Assembly (NCBI GenBank): GCA_002083405.1
Contig: LVWT01000045.1
Span: forward strand, 17,637 to 81,636
Reading direction: 5' to 3'
DNA from: Nitrospira sp. SG-bin2
Lineage (GTDB): Bacteria; Nitrospirota; Nitrospiria; Nitrospirales; Nitrospiraceae
DNA: 64,000 nt
The position numbers were made by a program, and so were the translations under genes. The stretch's first letter is position 1, and every line of letters begins with the position of its first letter. Shown one piece after another: positions 38,990-47,418 of the stretch. A model generated the notes under the pieces. It was not told where the DNA came from. It saw nothing but the letters and a program-made list of their open reading frames with translations, and searched no databases.

Positions 38990-40420
38990 ATGGCCAAAGA
39001 ACTGCCTCTCATCTCACCTGACAAATTTCACGACGAATGCGCGGTGTTCGGCATTTTCGGCCACGAAGAGGCAGCCAACCTCACCTATCTCGGACTCTAT
39101 GCGCTCCAGCATCGAGGGCAAGAAGCCTCCGGTATCGTGTCAGGAGACGCAAACCAGTTTTTTGTGCAAAAGGGCATGGGACTTGTGGCCGATATCTACG
39201 ATCGGTCGTCGCTTGCGAAGCTGCCCGGCCATATGGCCATCGGCCATAATCGCTATTCCACGGCCGGCGGCAACGATCTGAAGAATGTCCAGCCGCTGAT
39301 TGTGAATTTTGCCCTCGGCAACTTGGCACTGGCCCACAATGGCAATCTGATCAATGCCCAGATGCTCCGCAACGAACTGGAAGCCTACGGGGCGATTTTC
39401 CAGTCTACCTCGGACAGCGAAGTCATTATCCACCTCATCGCGCACTCCAAAGCGAGTTCATTTCTCGCCCGTGTGATCGATGCGCTCAATCGGGTGCGCG
39501 GCGCATTTTCCGTTGTGTTGCTGACAGACAACGGTTTGATTGCCGCGCGTGATCCGTACGGATTGCGGCCGCTGTGTCTCGGGCGTGTGCGGAGCAGCTG
39601 GATTGTGGCGTCCGAAACGTGCGCGTTCGATTTGCTCGATGCGGAATATGTTCGGGAAATTGAACCGGGTGAATTGGTCGTGATCAGCGATCAGGGCGTG
39701 GACAGCCATCGGCCGTTTCCCAAGGTGGATCCGGCCATGTGTGTCTTCGAGTATGTATATTTTGCCAGGCCAGACAGCCGAATCTTCGGGGCCAATGCCG
39801 TCTATGCTACGCGCAAGGCGTTGGGCCGGCAACTGGCGGCGGAATCCTGGGTGCCCGCAGACATCGTCATTCCCGTTCCGGATTCCGGCGTGCCCGCTGC
39901 GCTGGGCTATGCGGAGGGGGGCGGGATTCAGTTCGAGACCGGGCTGATCCGCAATCACTATGTCGGGCGGACGTTCATCGAGCCGGAACAGTCGATCCGC
40001 CACTTTGGCGTTAAGGTGAAGCTGAATGCGGTGTCGGAAGTGTTGAGCGGAAAGCGGGTTGTGGTGGTGGACGATTCACTTGTCCGCGGGACGACCAGCC
40101 GGAAGATCGTCAAGATGATCCGCCAGGCCGGGGCGAAGGAGGTCCATATGCGGATTAGTTCGCCGCCGATCGTGTCACCCTGTTTCTATGGGATCGATAC
40201 ACCGACAAAGAAGGAACTCATCGCATCCGACCACTCGACGGAAGAAATCCGCAAGTACATCACGGCGGACAGTTTGGCCTATCTCAGTCTCGATGGGATG
40301 CTCAAAGCCGCGCCGGGCACGCCGCAGCAGTATTGCAGCGCGTGCTTTACAGAGCGCTATCCCATTCCATTCACCCGCGCAGAGGAACTGCAGTTGGGCC
40401 TCTTCGAACCGGCGTCCTGA
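38990..40420 (+). CDS. purF: Amidophosphoribosyltransferase
   Basis: 476 aa with a propeptide then CAVFGIFG (Ntn Cys), the PRPP loop [14 protein letters not shown], and C-terminal Cys ligands. Confidence 0.95.
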   Translation: MAKELPLISPDKFHDECAVFGIFGHEEAANLTYLGLYALQHRGQEASGIVSGDANQFFVQKGMGLVADIYDRSSLAKLPGHMAIGHNRYSTAGGNDLKNVQPLIVNFALGNLALAHNGNLINAQMLRNELEAYGAIFQSTSDSEVIIHLIAHSKASSFLARVIDALNRVRGAFSVVLLTDNGLIAARDPYGLRPLCLGRVRSSWIVASETCAFDLLDAEYVREIEPGELVVISDQGVDSHRPFPKVDPAMCVFEYVYFARPDSRIFGANAVYATRKALGRQLAAESWVPADIVIPVPDSGVPAALGYAEGGGIQFETGLIRNHYVGRTFIEPEQSIRHFGVKVKLNAVSEVLSGKRVVVVDDSLVRGTTSRKIVKMIRQAGAKEVHMRISSPPIVSPCFYGIDTPTKKELIASDHSTEEIRKYITADSLAYLSLDGMLKAAPGTPQQYCSACFTERYPIPFTRAEELQLGLFEPAS

Positions 40421-40474
40421 GCGAGGCCGGGACTGGCAACGTCGAGCTGTTTGCAGAAAGGGAATTCGGCGGAT

Positions 40475-40777
40475 ATGCAGCCACGGTCTAGGCCACGAGT
40501 GGCTGTCGATTATCCAGTTCTTTTCTCCGGCGACCATATCTCCGGCGAGGGGGCATTCAGAAATCTCACGATCTCAGGCGGTGAGATTATGAGTGAGGCG
40601 CCGGTTTCTATCGGCACGCATCTTCATCTCCAGGTGCAAGCGTCCGGTGCCCGGCCGCCGATCATTATCACGCTTGCCATCGTTCGATGGAAGCGGGCCG
40701 ATCGGTACGGCGTCGAGTTCGTTCGATTTCAAGGCGATGCCAAACAACAGCTGGAAGACATGCTGAATCAGCGATGA
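40475..40777 (+). CDS. Stand-alone PilZ-domain protein
   Basis: About 100 aa with RSRPR (RxxxR) and NLTISGG (a D/NxSxxG-like motif). Confidence 0.65.
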   Translation: MQPRSRPRVAVDYPVLFSGDHISGEGAFRNLTISGGEIMSEAPVSIGTHLHLQVQASGARPPIIITLAIVRWKRADRYGVEFVRFQGDAKQQLEDMLNQR

Positions 40778-40957
40778 TGGATCGCGCGTCGGTCCGTTCA
40801 AGCCCGCCCGCTCAGTTGCCCCGCTAAAAAACACCATGATAGGATGTCTTCCGTTTGAGAACGATTGGTGCCGCGCCGAGAGAAGCGGCGAACATTCCGG
40901 TGTGAGGATCGGATTTCTCTCAGCGTCGGCCGCCAGCCTAGTAAGGGGGAGGGATCT

Positions 40958-41197
40958 GTGGACGAGATCGAAGCAGGCAAACAGAAGTTTCTAGATGTCG
41001 TGAAGGCCATCGATGGCGCGGTGCAGGTGGTTATTCCTGTGACTCCATCCAACAGCATGTTTTTGATCTCGGTCACCAAAGGGGCGAATCGCAAATTCAT
41101 GACTGTCCCGGAAGACGACATCATCGATCTCCCGACCGATGCCGGTATTCTTGCGAAAGTCACCAAAACGGTGCGGGATGCCATCGCGGCTCTCTGA
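40958..41197 (+). CDS. Small hypothetical protein (79 aa, GTG start)
   Basis: The AAGGGGGAGGG RBS is 5 nt upstream of the GTG at 40958. No family recognised. Confidence 0.35.
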   Translation: MDEIEAGKQKFLDVVKAIDGAVQVVIPVTPSNSMFLISVTKGANRKFMTVPEDDIIDLPTDAGILAKVTKTVRDAIAAL

Positions 41198-41305
41198 GAC
41201 CGCGCGGCGGGCAGTACGAGCGCGACGTGCAACACATCGGCAGCAGGGAATTCCTTCAACGAGCATCGCAGATCACGCAACTCCCGCATGCCGCGCGGTG
41301 AGATT

Positions 41306-41908
41306 ATGAAACAAATTTTTCCCGGCATCTGGCAATGGACCTGGTTCTCTGACGAGAAGCAGCTGGATTTCAACGGCTTGTTTCTGATGGTCGGTGAACA
41401 CAAGATTCTGGTCGATCCTCCGCTGATGACCGCCGAGGCGCGCTCATTCGTCCGCCGCAACGGGCCGGTTGATTACATCATTGTCACGAACAGAGATCAC
41501 CTCCGTGAGGCGGCGGCCTATCAGGCGGAGTTCACGTGCTGGCTGTATGTGCCTGAGGCGGATGCAGCGCAGATGGATGTGACACCCACAAAAAGGTATA
41601 CGGACGGCGAACTGCTCCCGGGCGGCATCTGGGCGATCCGGCTGAGCGATCAGAAATCTCCGGGGGAATCGGCGTTGTTTCTGGATCGAGGACAGGGGAT
41701 CATGATCGTAGGAGATGCGTTGATCGGCAAACCGGCCGGCGCCGTCAGCCTGCTCCCTGCCGAGAAGTATCCCGATGCGGCGAAGGTCAAAGACGGACTC
41801 CGGCGCCTCCTCAAGTACAATTTCGACGGTCTCGTTGTCGGCGACGGCGCGTCGATTCTTGCGGGCGGCAAGCCGGTGGTTGAGCGGTTTCTGAGCCTGC
41901 CATCATGA
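41306..41908 (+). CDS. MBL-fold (metallo-beta-lactamase-like) protein
   Basis: About 200 aa with an MBL-like beta-strand pattern (HKILVDPP, DYIIVTNRDHLRE, IMIVGDAL). The canonical HxHxDH is degenerate. Confidence 0.6.
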   Translation: MKQIFPGIWQWTWFSDEKQLDFNGLFLMVGEHKILVDPPLMTAEARSFVRRNGPVDYIIVTNRDHLREAAAYQAEFTCWLYVPEADAAQMDVTPTKRYTDGELLPGGIWAIRLSDQKSPGESALFLDRGQGIMIVGDALIGKPAGAVSLLPAEKYPDAAKVKDGLRRLLKYNFDGLVVGDGASILAGGKPVVERFLSLPS

Positions 41909-42729
41909 CGCTCCGCAATGGATTGTCGGAAGAGCTGAATCGGCAAGGCAATGAGTATTTCTCGCGCGGCCACTACACGGAGGCGTACGCCTGTTACGCC
42001 AAGGCGCTGGAATGCGATCGGCAGACCGGCGATCAGCGGGCGCTGGCGGCGACGCTTGGAAATCTCGGCAATATTTGCGCAGTCAGCGGGCGGAGAGAGT
42101 CGGCGCAGACGCATTACCAGGAAGTCTTGGAGTTGCAGAAGATTCTCGGCGATGAGAAGGGGATCGGAACGACGCTGGGGAATCTGGGGAATTTACGCGC
42201 CGATGCCGGCGAATGGAGCCGGGCACGGGCGTACTACCTGGAAGCGCTGGATCTCATGACGAAGACGCATGATGAGGCAGCCAAGGCCGTACTGTTTTCC
42301 GACCTGGGTCTGGTGGCGCGTGAGACCGGACATTTCGACGAAGCGATCGACTGGTACGAACAGTCGCTGGTGTTGATGCGGCGGTTGGACAATCAAGGCG
42401 GTGTTGCCGATGCCTGGCGCATGATCGGACGCACGTTCCTGGTTCAAAGGCGCTACGACGATGCAATCGCGTGCTGTCAGACCAGCCAATCAGTTGCCGA
42501 GCGGTCGCGCGATGAACTCCGCGCGGGCGGCGCCCGCTACGTATTGGCGCAATGCTATGAAGAGACGGGACGGCTTGAAGATGCTGCGGATCTTTTGAGA
42601 CAGGTCGTCAACATGGACCGCAAGTATCAGCTGCCCAAACTTGAAGAAAATACCAGACGCCTGGCGGCGCTTCAGGCGCGCATCGCAGAGCGCGATCACC
42701 TGTCGTCTTTTCCAGAGGCCAGAACATGA
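41905..42729 (+). CDS. TPR-repeat protein
   Basis: 274 aa with repeated LGNLGN...A...Y.EAL units. It overlaps both neighbours by 4 nt. Confidence 0.75.
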   Translation: MTLRNGLSEELNRQGNEYFSRGHYTEAYACYAKALECDRQTGDQRALAATLGNLGNICAVSGRRESAQTHYQEVLELQKILGDEKGIGTTLGNLGNLRADAGEWSRARAYYLEALDLMTKTHDEAAKAVLFSDLGLVARETGHFDEAIDWYEQSLVLMRRLDNQGGVADAWRMIGRTFLVQRRYDDAIACCQTSQSVAERSRDELRAGGARYVLAQCYEETGRLEDAADLLRQVVNMDRKYQLPKLEENTRRLAALQARIAERDHLSSFPEART

Positions 42730-43163
42730 CTGAACCAGTTCCATCCGCATGGCCGCCGCTTCGTACGGCCCTGATGCAAGCATTTCCCAAACTTTATGAA
42801 TTGGAGCCGGGCGGACCACTTGTCATGGATCTGGGGTCGGATGGATGGATCTTGGAGGTCAGGCCGCAAGGGACCGTGCTGTGCCAATATGGCGTGGCAA
42901 TGGATGACGTGATGGCGCTTATGTCGGAGGGCACGCCGGAAGATTTGGGGACCGACGAAGTGGCCAAACAGGCCAAGTATTTTCTCCAACCCGCGGTGTC
43001 GAAGTATCGGGCGCTGCTCCTGGAGTCCGGATTTTCTGAGGAGACGGAGATGACCGACGAGTTTGTGGCCGTGACATTTGCGCGCGGCGTTGATGTGACA
43101 GACTTTGCCAAGGTGCAGGGCTTGCTCCGCTGGTGTTGTCAGCAGATCGGAAGGATGCCCTGA
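42726..43163 (+). CDS. Hypothetical protein
   Basis: 145 aa, translationally coupled inside the 41306-44227 gene string. No family recognised. Confidence 0.5.
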   Translation: MTEPVPSAWPPLRTALMQAFPKLYELEPGGPLVMDLGSDGWILEVRPQGTVLCQYGVAMDDVMALMSEGTPEDLGTDEVAKQAKYFLQPAVSKYRALLLESGFSEETEMTDEFVAVTFARGVDVTDFAKVQGLLRWCCQQIGRMP

Positions 43164-44227
43164 CGCCGCGCATCGCCACCTTCAAGGAGTTCCGCGAGGC
43201 GATCGCCGCCTATCGATTGCCGCTGGTGTTGTTGGCCGGGTTGGAACTGGACATCTTTACGGCGGTCGGCGCAGGAGTTTGGACGATTCCCGCTCTTGCC
43301 AAGCAGCTCAAGGTCAGCGAACGAGGATTGGATATCCTCTGCCGGAATCTTGCCATGGCCGGTCTGTTGATGAAGAAAGGCGGAACGTACAGAAACAGCC
43401 GGCTTGGAGGTACGGCGCTCAATGCCGCTCATCCGGCCTATCGCGGGTCGTATTTGGACTTGATCAGAACCCATTGGACAGACTGGGTCCGGCTGTCGGA
43501 ATCGGTGCGAAGCGGGCTGCCGATCGATCACGACGTTCCAGATAGCCCGGATTGGCGCCGCCGGTTCACATGGGCCATGCACCACCGCACGGTGGAGACC
43601 GCGCCGGCGATTGCCGCACAGATAAAGCTCGGCGGGGCCCGGACGTTTCTCGATCTTGGGGGAGGCCCCGGCACCTATGCGCTGGCGTTTTTAGCGGAAA
43701 ATACCCGGTTGCGCGCCACGGTCTGCGACCGGGCCGAGGCGTTGGATGTGGCCAAAGAGATTGCTGCGACGCATAGGGCAGGGCGGCGGTTGTCGTATCT
43801 GCCGTGTGATTTTACCAAGGAGCCGATCCCGGGCACCTATGACGTGATCTGGTATTCCAACGTGCTGCATATCTACTCGCCGGAGGTCAATCGAGCGGTT
43901 TTTCGCCGGGTCTTGGCTGCGTTGGCGCCGGGCGGGCGGCTCATCATGCAAGACGCGTTTCTCCATGGCCGCGAGGGGCTGCTTCCCCCGGAGTCCAGCC
44001 TGTTCGCCGCCTCGATGTTACTGTTTACAGAGGGAGGGAACACCTATCCGGCGTCGGAGACTGCAACATGGCTCAAAGAGGCCGGGTTCGTACGAATCAA
44101 ATCCCTCCCGCTCAAGAAGAAGACTGAGGACTGGGAAAAGGGAATTCTTGAGGCGTCGGCCCCTACCGCACATCCAAAAATGAGCGTCCTCCGAACAGGA
44201 TCAAGAGGAAGTTTAAGAAGCCGCTGA
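43133..44227 (+). CDS. SAM-dependent O-methyltransferase (Methyltransf_2 type with N-terminal dimerisation wHTH)
   Basis: 364 aa with the SAM motif FLDLGGGPGTYALAFL and YDVIWYSNVLHIY. The N-terminal LELDIFTAV...LAKQL is typical of this family. Confidence 0.8.
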   Translation: MLSADRKDALTPRIATFKEFREAIAAYRLPLVLLAGLELDIFTAVGAGVWTIPALAKQLKVSERGLDILCRNLAMAGLLMKKGGTYRNSRLGGTALNAAHPAYRGSYLDLIRTHWTDWVRLSESVRSGLPIDHDVPDSPDWRRRFTWAMHHRTVETAPAIAAQIKLGGARTFLDLGGGPGTYALAFLAENTRLRATVCDRAEALDVAKEIAATHRAGRRLSYLPCDFTKEPIPGTYDVIWYSNVLHIYSPEVNRAVFRRVLAALAPGGRLIMQDAFLHGREGLLPPESSLFAASMLLFTEGGNTYPASETATWLKEAGFVRIKSLPLKKKTEDWEKGILEASAPTAHPKMSVLRTGSRGSLRSR

Positions 44228-44513
44228 CCAGGCTGCTCAGCAGGGTCAGCATGCCGTCCGAATCTTTTGACAGGATTTGGACCATCGTGGCGACGTCCAT
44301 CGCCAACCCTACCGTCCCATACATCACACAGGCCATAACGGCCCAACGAAACCCACGCCAAACCAGGAGCCCTAGCCCCAAGGGGACCAGGGCGAAAAAG
44401 CCGATCCACCAGGCCCCCGTTGGTGAGGTGGAGGTTTCAGACTCTATCGTCAAAACTCCTATGTTTACCGCTAGGAGTCCCGCCAACAGCATGGGTAAGA
44501 CGGTGTGTTTCAT
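44163..44513 (-). CDS. Small integral membrane protein
   Basis: 116 aa from the ATG at 44513 with four hydrophobic helices. Its 3' end overlaps the convergent methyltransferase ORF by 65 nt. Confidence 0.5.
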   Translation of the reverse strand: MKHTVLPMLLAGLLAVNIGVLTIESETSTSPTGAWWIGFFALVPLGLGLLVWRGFRWAVMACVMYGTVGLAMDVATMVQILSKDSDGMLTLLSSLVSGFLNFLLILFGGRSFLDVR

Positions 44514-44664
44514 GGGGAGACTATAAGACGGGGAAAGCAAAATCGGCAATGGCCCATAGTTGTCGGTATACAGCCCCCTCCTTTTGGGGGGAAGTGTACT
44601 GATAGTGGGGAATTTACCGGCGACAGGATCTCTTGCAGAATGCACACACGCATCAGGAGGGTCT

Positions 44665-45570
44665 ATGTCGCAGATCCATCGCTTTTCTCAACTCCCTGGC
44701 AGACTGACGGTCTTTTCCCCAAGTACTGGTTCGGTTCACGATTGTAAACCGTCGGCTATGCATCTCCGCGGAACATGGAGTCTTTCTTGTCGGCTGGTCG
44801 GAGTTGGGTTGTGCCTTTCATTGATGGGTGGTCAGGCATGGGGCCAGATCGAGACTGAACAGAAGGAAGGCCATGAGGCCATCGTCGCGGCGGGATTCGG
44901 CTATCAGAACAGTGTTGAATCCACCATTACGGTCAAGGTGTACAATCCTGCCTCGGGCGAGGTGCTCTCAGAAGACGTGTACGAATTGAGCGTCAAAGAA
45001 GACAGTTTTGGCGGATCGAATGGCTCAGAGGGCCGTATTTTTGCCGGCGGGGTCGGTCTGGGTGCGACCGATCTCTCTAGTTTTATCGTCCGTGTATACG
45101 ATGCAAAGACGGGTGAGTTCCAGTGGTCCGGGCGACTCAATCTCACGCCGGGCGACGGGAGCGAGGCGGGGCGGTTGATTTCCACCGTGGTGCCGCGCCG
45201 CGCCACCATCATGAAAATTCATGGCATCGACACGGCGGCGCAGTCGCCGCTATTTGTGCTGCGCGCCGTGGATGTGTTGACCGGGGGGATTCTCTGGGAA
45301 GATGAGTTCTCCGCCGACGGCGAAGGTGCGGCGAAAGCCAGGCAGATCGCCACGCGCTTGGCCGATGCCGCGGAGGGCTCGCCGGTAGCCGACCTATTCG
45401 ACTTCAGAATTCGCATGTTTGACCACGATGGCCGGACAGTTTTGTGGGAAGATCAGGTGCTTCAGCAGCCGGCCGATGCAGAGGTTCAAGGTGCGGTCGA
45501 TGATCGTGCCCAGATGCTGCCGGCCTGGACGGGGACAATCGAACAAGACTCCATGCCGGAGGAAATCTAG
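44665..45570 (+). CDS. Exported protein with four internal beta-strand repeats
   Basis: AGGAGGG RBS before the ATG at 44665 and a hydrophobic signal LVGVGLCLSLMGGQAWG. The repeats are VKVYNPASGEVLSEDVY, VRVYDAKTGEFQWSGRL, LRAVDVLTGGILWEDEF and IRMFDHDGRTVLWEDQV. Confidence 0.55.
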   Translation: MSQIHRFSQLPGRLTVFSPSTGSVHDCKPSAMHLRGTWSLSCRLVGVGLCLSLMGGQAWGQIETEQKEGHEAIVAAGFGYQNSVESTITVKVYNPASGEVLSEDVYELSVKEDSFGGSNGSEGRIFAGGVGLGATDLSSFIVRVYDAKTGEFQWSGRLNLTPGDGSEAGRLISTVVPRRATIMKIHGIDTAAQSPLFVLRAVDVLTGGILWEDEFSADGEGAAKARQIATRLADAAEGSPVADLFDFRIRMFDHDGRTVLWEDQVLQQPADAEVQGAVDDRAQMLPAWTGTIEQDSMPEEI

Positions 45571-45648
45571 CAGGTTGCGGGAAAACTCCGTGCAGACATG
45601 AGCCACCACAGAAATCTTGGCGAATGGTTCAGAAGGTGTCGAAACCCC

Positions 45649-45879
45649 AGGATGCTCAAAATGGCCACTGGTCTCACCCGCCCACCCCGGTGCGCCAAGA
45701 CGCCCCGTTCCACGGGCAAGGCCGCAGCGAGTGAAGAGGCGAGGAGGTACATACCAAGCTTCGCTTGAACCGCTCGCTTCGATCACATGCGAGCGGATAG
45801 GTTCCTTGCCTCCGCTGATTCCGTACGTTGAGTCTCTGAGCGATGCGAGAACGCCGCTGGCGGACTTTTTCAGCATCCT
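45649..45879. repeat. 231-bp palindromic MITE-like / structured intergenic element
   Basis: Terminal inverted repeats AGGATGCTCAAAATGGCCACTGG (45649-) and CCGCTGGCGGACTTTTTCAGCATCCT (-45879). Internal pairing includes GGGCAAGG/CCTTGCC and an apical hairpin CCGCTCGC (45770-77) / GCGAGCGG (45789-96). Confidence 0.55.
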
Positions 45880-45880
45880 G

Positions 45881-47305
45881 CTAGGAGCGTTTTTGCTGGA
45901 AACTTTCCAGCCACTGATGATGGAATTGTTCGTACGAGACGAACAATGTATTTTGAATGGCGATTGCCGCTGATGTTCGCGCCTTGAATGCCTTCAGTAG
46001 TCCATCTACCTGCGCCATACCCCACCGTTCGATCAGATAGTGCGTCGCGGAATTCGCTTCCAGATAGGCCAGCGTTGCGGCATCGGCCGGCAATGCACCC
46101 CAGGGGCCTTCGAGATAGGTCAACGGGATGATTGTGACTTCCCCGTGCAAGGCCTCATCGAGATCGGGCCATGAGTCGCCGGCCAGTTGCATCGCCAGTC
46201 CCTCGTTCAACCAGGTGGGAAGCGATCCGCTGCTCATGCCCAGCCGGTCGTGCAACAGGGCATGGACATATTCGTGGCGCAACACCGAGGTCAACCACTT
46301 CGTGTCCGTCGTCGCTCCTTGGGTGGGCAGTTGAATGCGCCCCAACGTCGGGTCGAACAGACCATCGGCCCATGCAGGGCTTCCGGTCGCGCCTTGAAAC
46401 GAATCTCTCGTGTGGAGCACGACTACAATGGGCTTGGACGGGAAGTGCCCGAACTTCTGCCCGATTTCTCGATAGGCGTCCTCAAGTATCTCCAGCACAG
46501 CGGTCCACGTGCCGTGATCCTCGGCTCCGTCGAATTTCACCATGAAATGTTCGCTCGTCTTTGCCGTCATGCGAGATTCGACGGATTCCATATGCTGAAC
46601 CTTGGCGGTGACGGCGGCCAGATACGATCGCAGCGCAGGATCGCGCGGCACACGATCTGCGGCATGGGCCAGATGTGTCACGGCTTCTGACGATTGATTC
46701 TGCTCATGCAGCAGCTCGGCCATCGCCAGGTGCGGAAATGGTTCCTCCGGGGCGAGCCGAATCAATTGTTCCAGAAGGTCTCGATTCAGGGCGGGGTCCC
46801 GTTGTTCCCAGTAGGCATGGGCCAAATTCATGAGGATGACCGGGTTCGAGCCATCGAGCGCCGCCGCTTTCTTGAAGGCCTTCACTGAGAGCTGTGTGCC
46901 GTGGAGTGTTTCTTGCTCGATACCGAGGTTGTTCCAGAGCACTGCCACAAATGGTTTGGTTGTGGCGTCCGAAATCGCGCTTTGGGGAAGGGCCATGAGC
47001 TTGGATTCGGCGAGCGGCAAATTGCGCTTTTCAATTTCGTCGCGGATAGCGATCAGCAGTGTCTCATGACGAGAGCCGGGTATGGCAGGATGATCGAGGA
47101 CACGGATCTGCGCGGGGTGGACTTCACGGGGGCTTGCGGCAGGCGGTGGCGGCGGCGCGACTGGTTCGATTGTGTTGCCGACGGTCGAAGCTGTGGAGGC
47201 AAGCCGGGTGGCAGCGGGTGTTTTGAGAAACAGATGGTATCCCACGACCAGCGCCAGCGCCAGCGCCATGGGCATCAGGATATGCGTAATGTTGCGGCGA
47301 TACAT
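45881..47305 (-). CDS. TPR + peptidase-MA-like (HExxH) exported/membrane-anchored protein
   Basis: 474 aa from the ATG at 47305, with an N-terminal TM (ILMPMALALALVVGY), TPR-like repeats and HEYVHALLH...WLNEGLA. The upstream 240 codons in the ORF track are antisense to recG. Confidence 0.7.
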   Translation of the reverse strand: MYRRNITHILMPMALALALVVGYHLFLKTPAATRLASTASTVGNTIEPVAPPPPPAASPREVHPAQIRVLDHPAIPGSRHETLLIAIRDEIEKRNLPLAESKLMALPQSAISDATTKPFVAVLWNNLGIEQETLHGTQLSVKAFKKAAALDGSNPVILMNLAHAYWEQRDPALNRDLLEQLIRLAPEEPFPHLAMAELLHEQNQSSEAVTHLAHAADRVPRDPALRSYLAAVTAKVQHMESVESRMTAKTSEHFMVKFDGAEDHGTWTAVLEILEDAYREIGQKFGHFPSKPIVVVLHTRDSFQGATGSPAWADGLFDPTLGRIQLPTQGATTDTKWLTSVLRHEYVHALLHDRLGMSSGSLPTWLNEGLAMQLAGDSWPDLDEALHGEVTIIPLTYLEGPWGALPADAATLAYLEANSATHYLIERWGMAQVDGLLKAFKARTSAAIAIQNTLFVSYEQFHHQWLESFQQKRS

Positions 47306-47418
47306 GGTGTTTCGTGCATGAGTGTAGCACCCTAGGCAGAACTGACAAAGTATTCCCGGAAAACCGGCACGCCAAGCTTTAAAGAGCTGGCTGCTTCGCT
47401 GTCGTTGAGCCGTGGAGA

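Noticed and set aside
44163-44227. 65-nt convergent overlap between the O-methyltransferase and the small membrane protein gene
   Set aside because: This is most likely a slightly over-extended C-terminus of one ORF: the methyltransferase tail PKMSVLRTGSRGSLRSR looks non-native. It is not strong enough to report as a regulatory antisense arrangement.
45394-45876. 160-aa ORF (MLKKSASGVLASLRDSTY...)
   Set aside because: It coincides with the palindromic 231-bp element and overlaps the end of the 44665-45570 gene. The sequence reads like a translated repeat rather than a protein.
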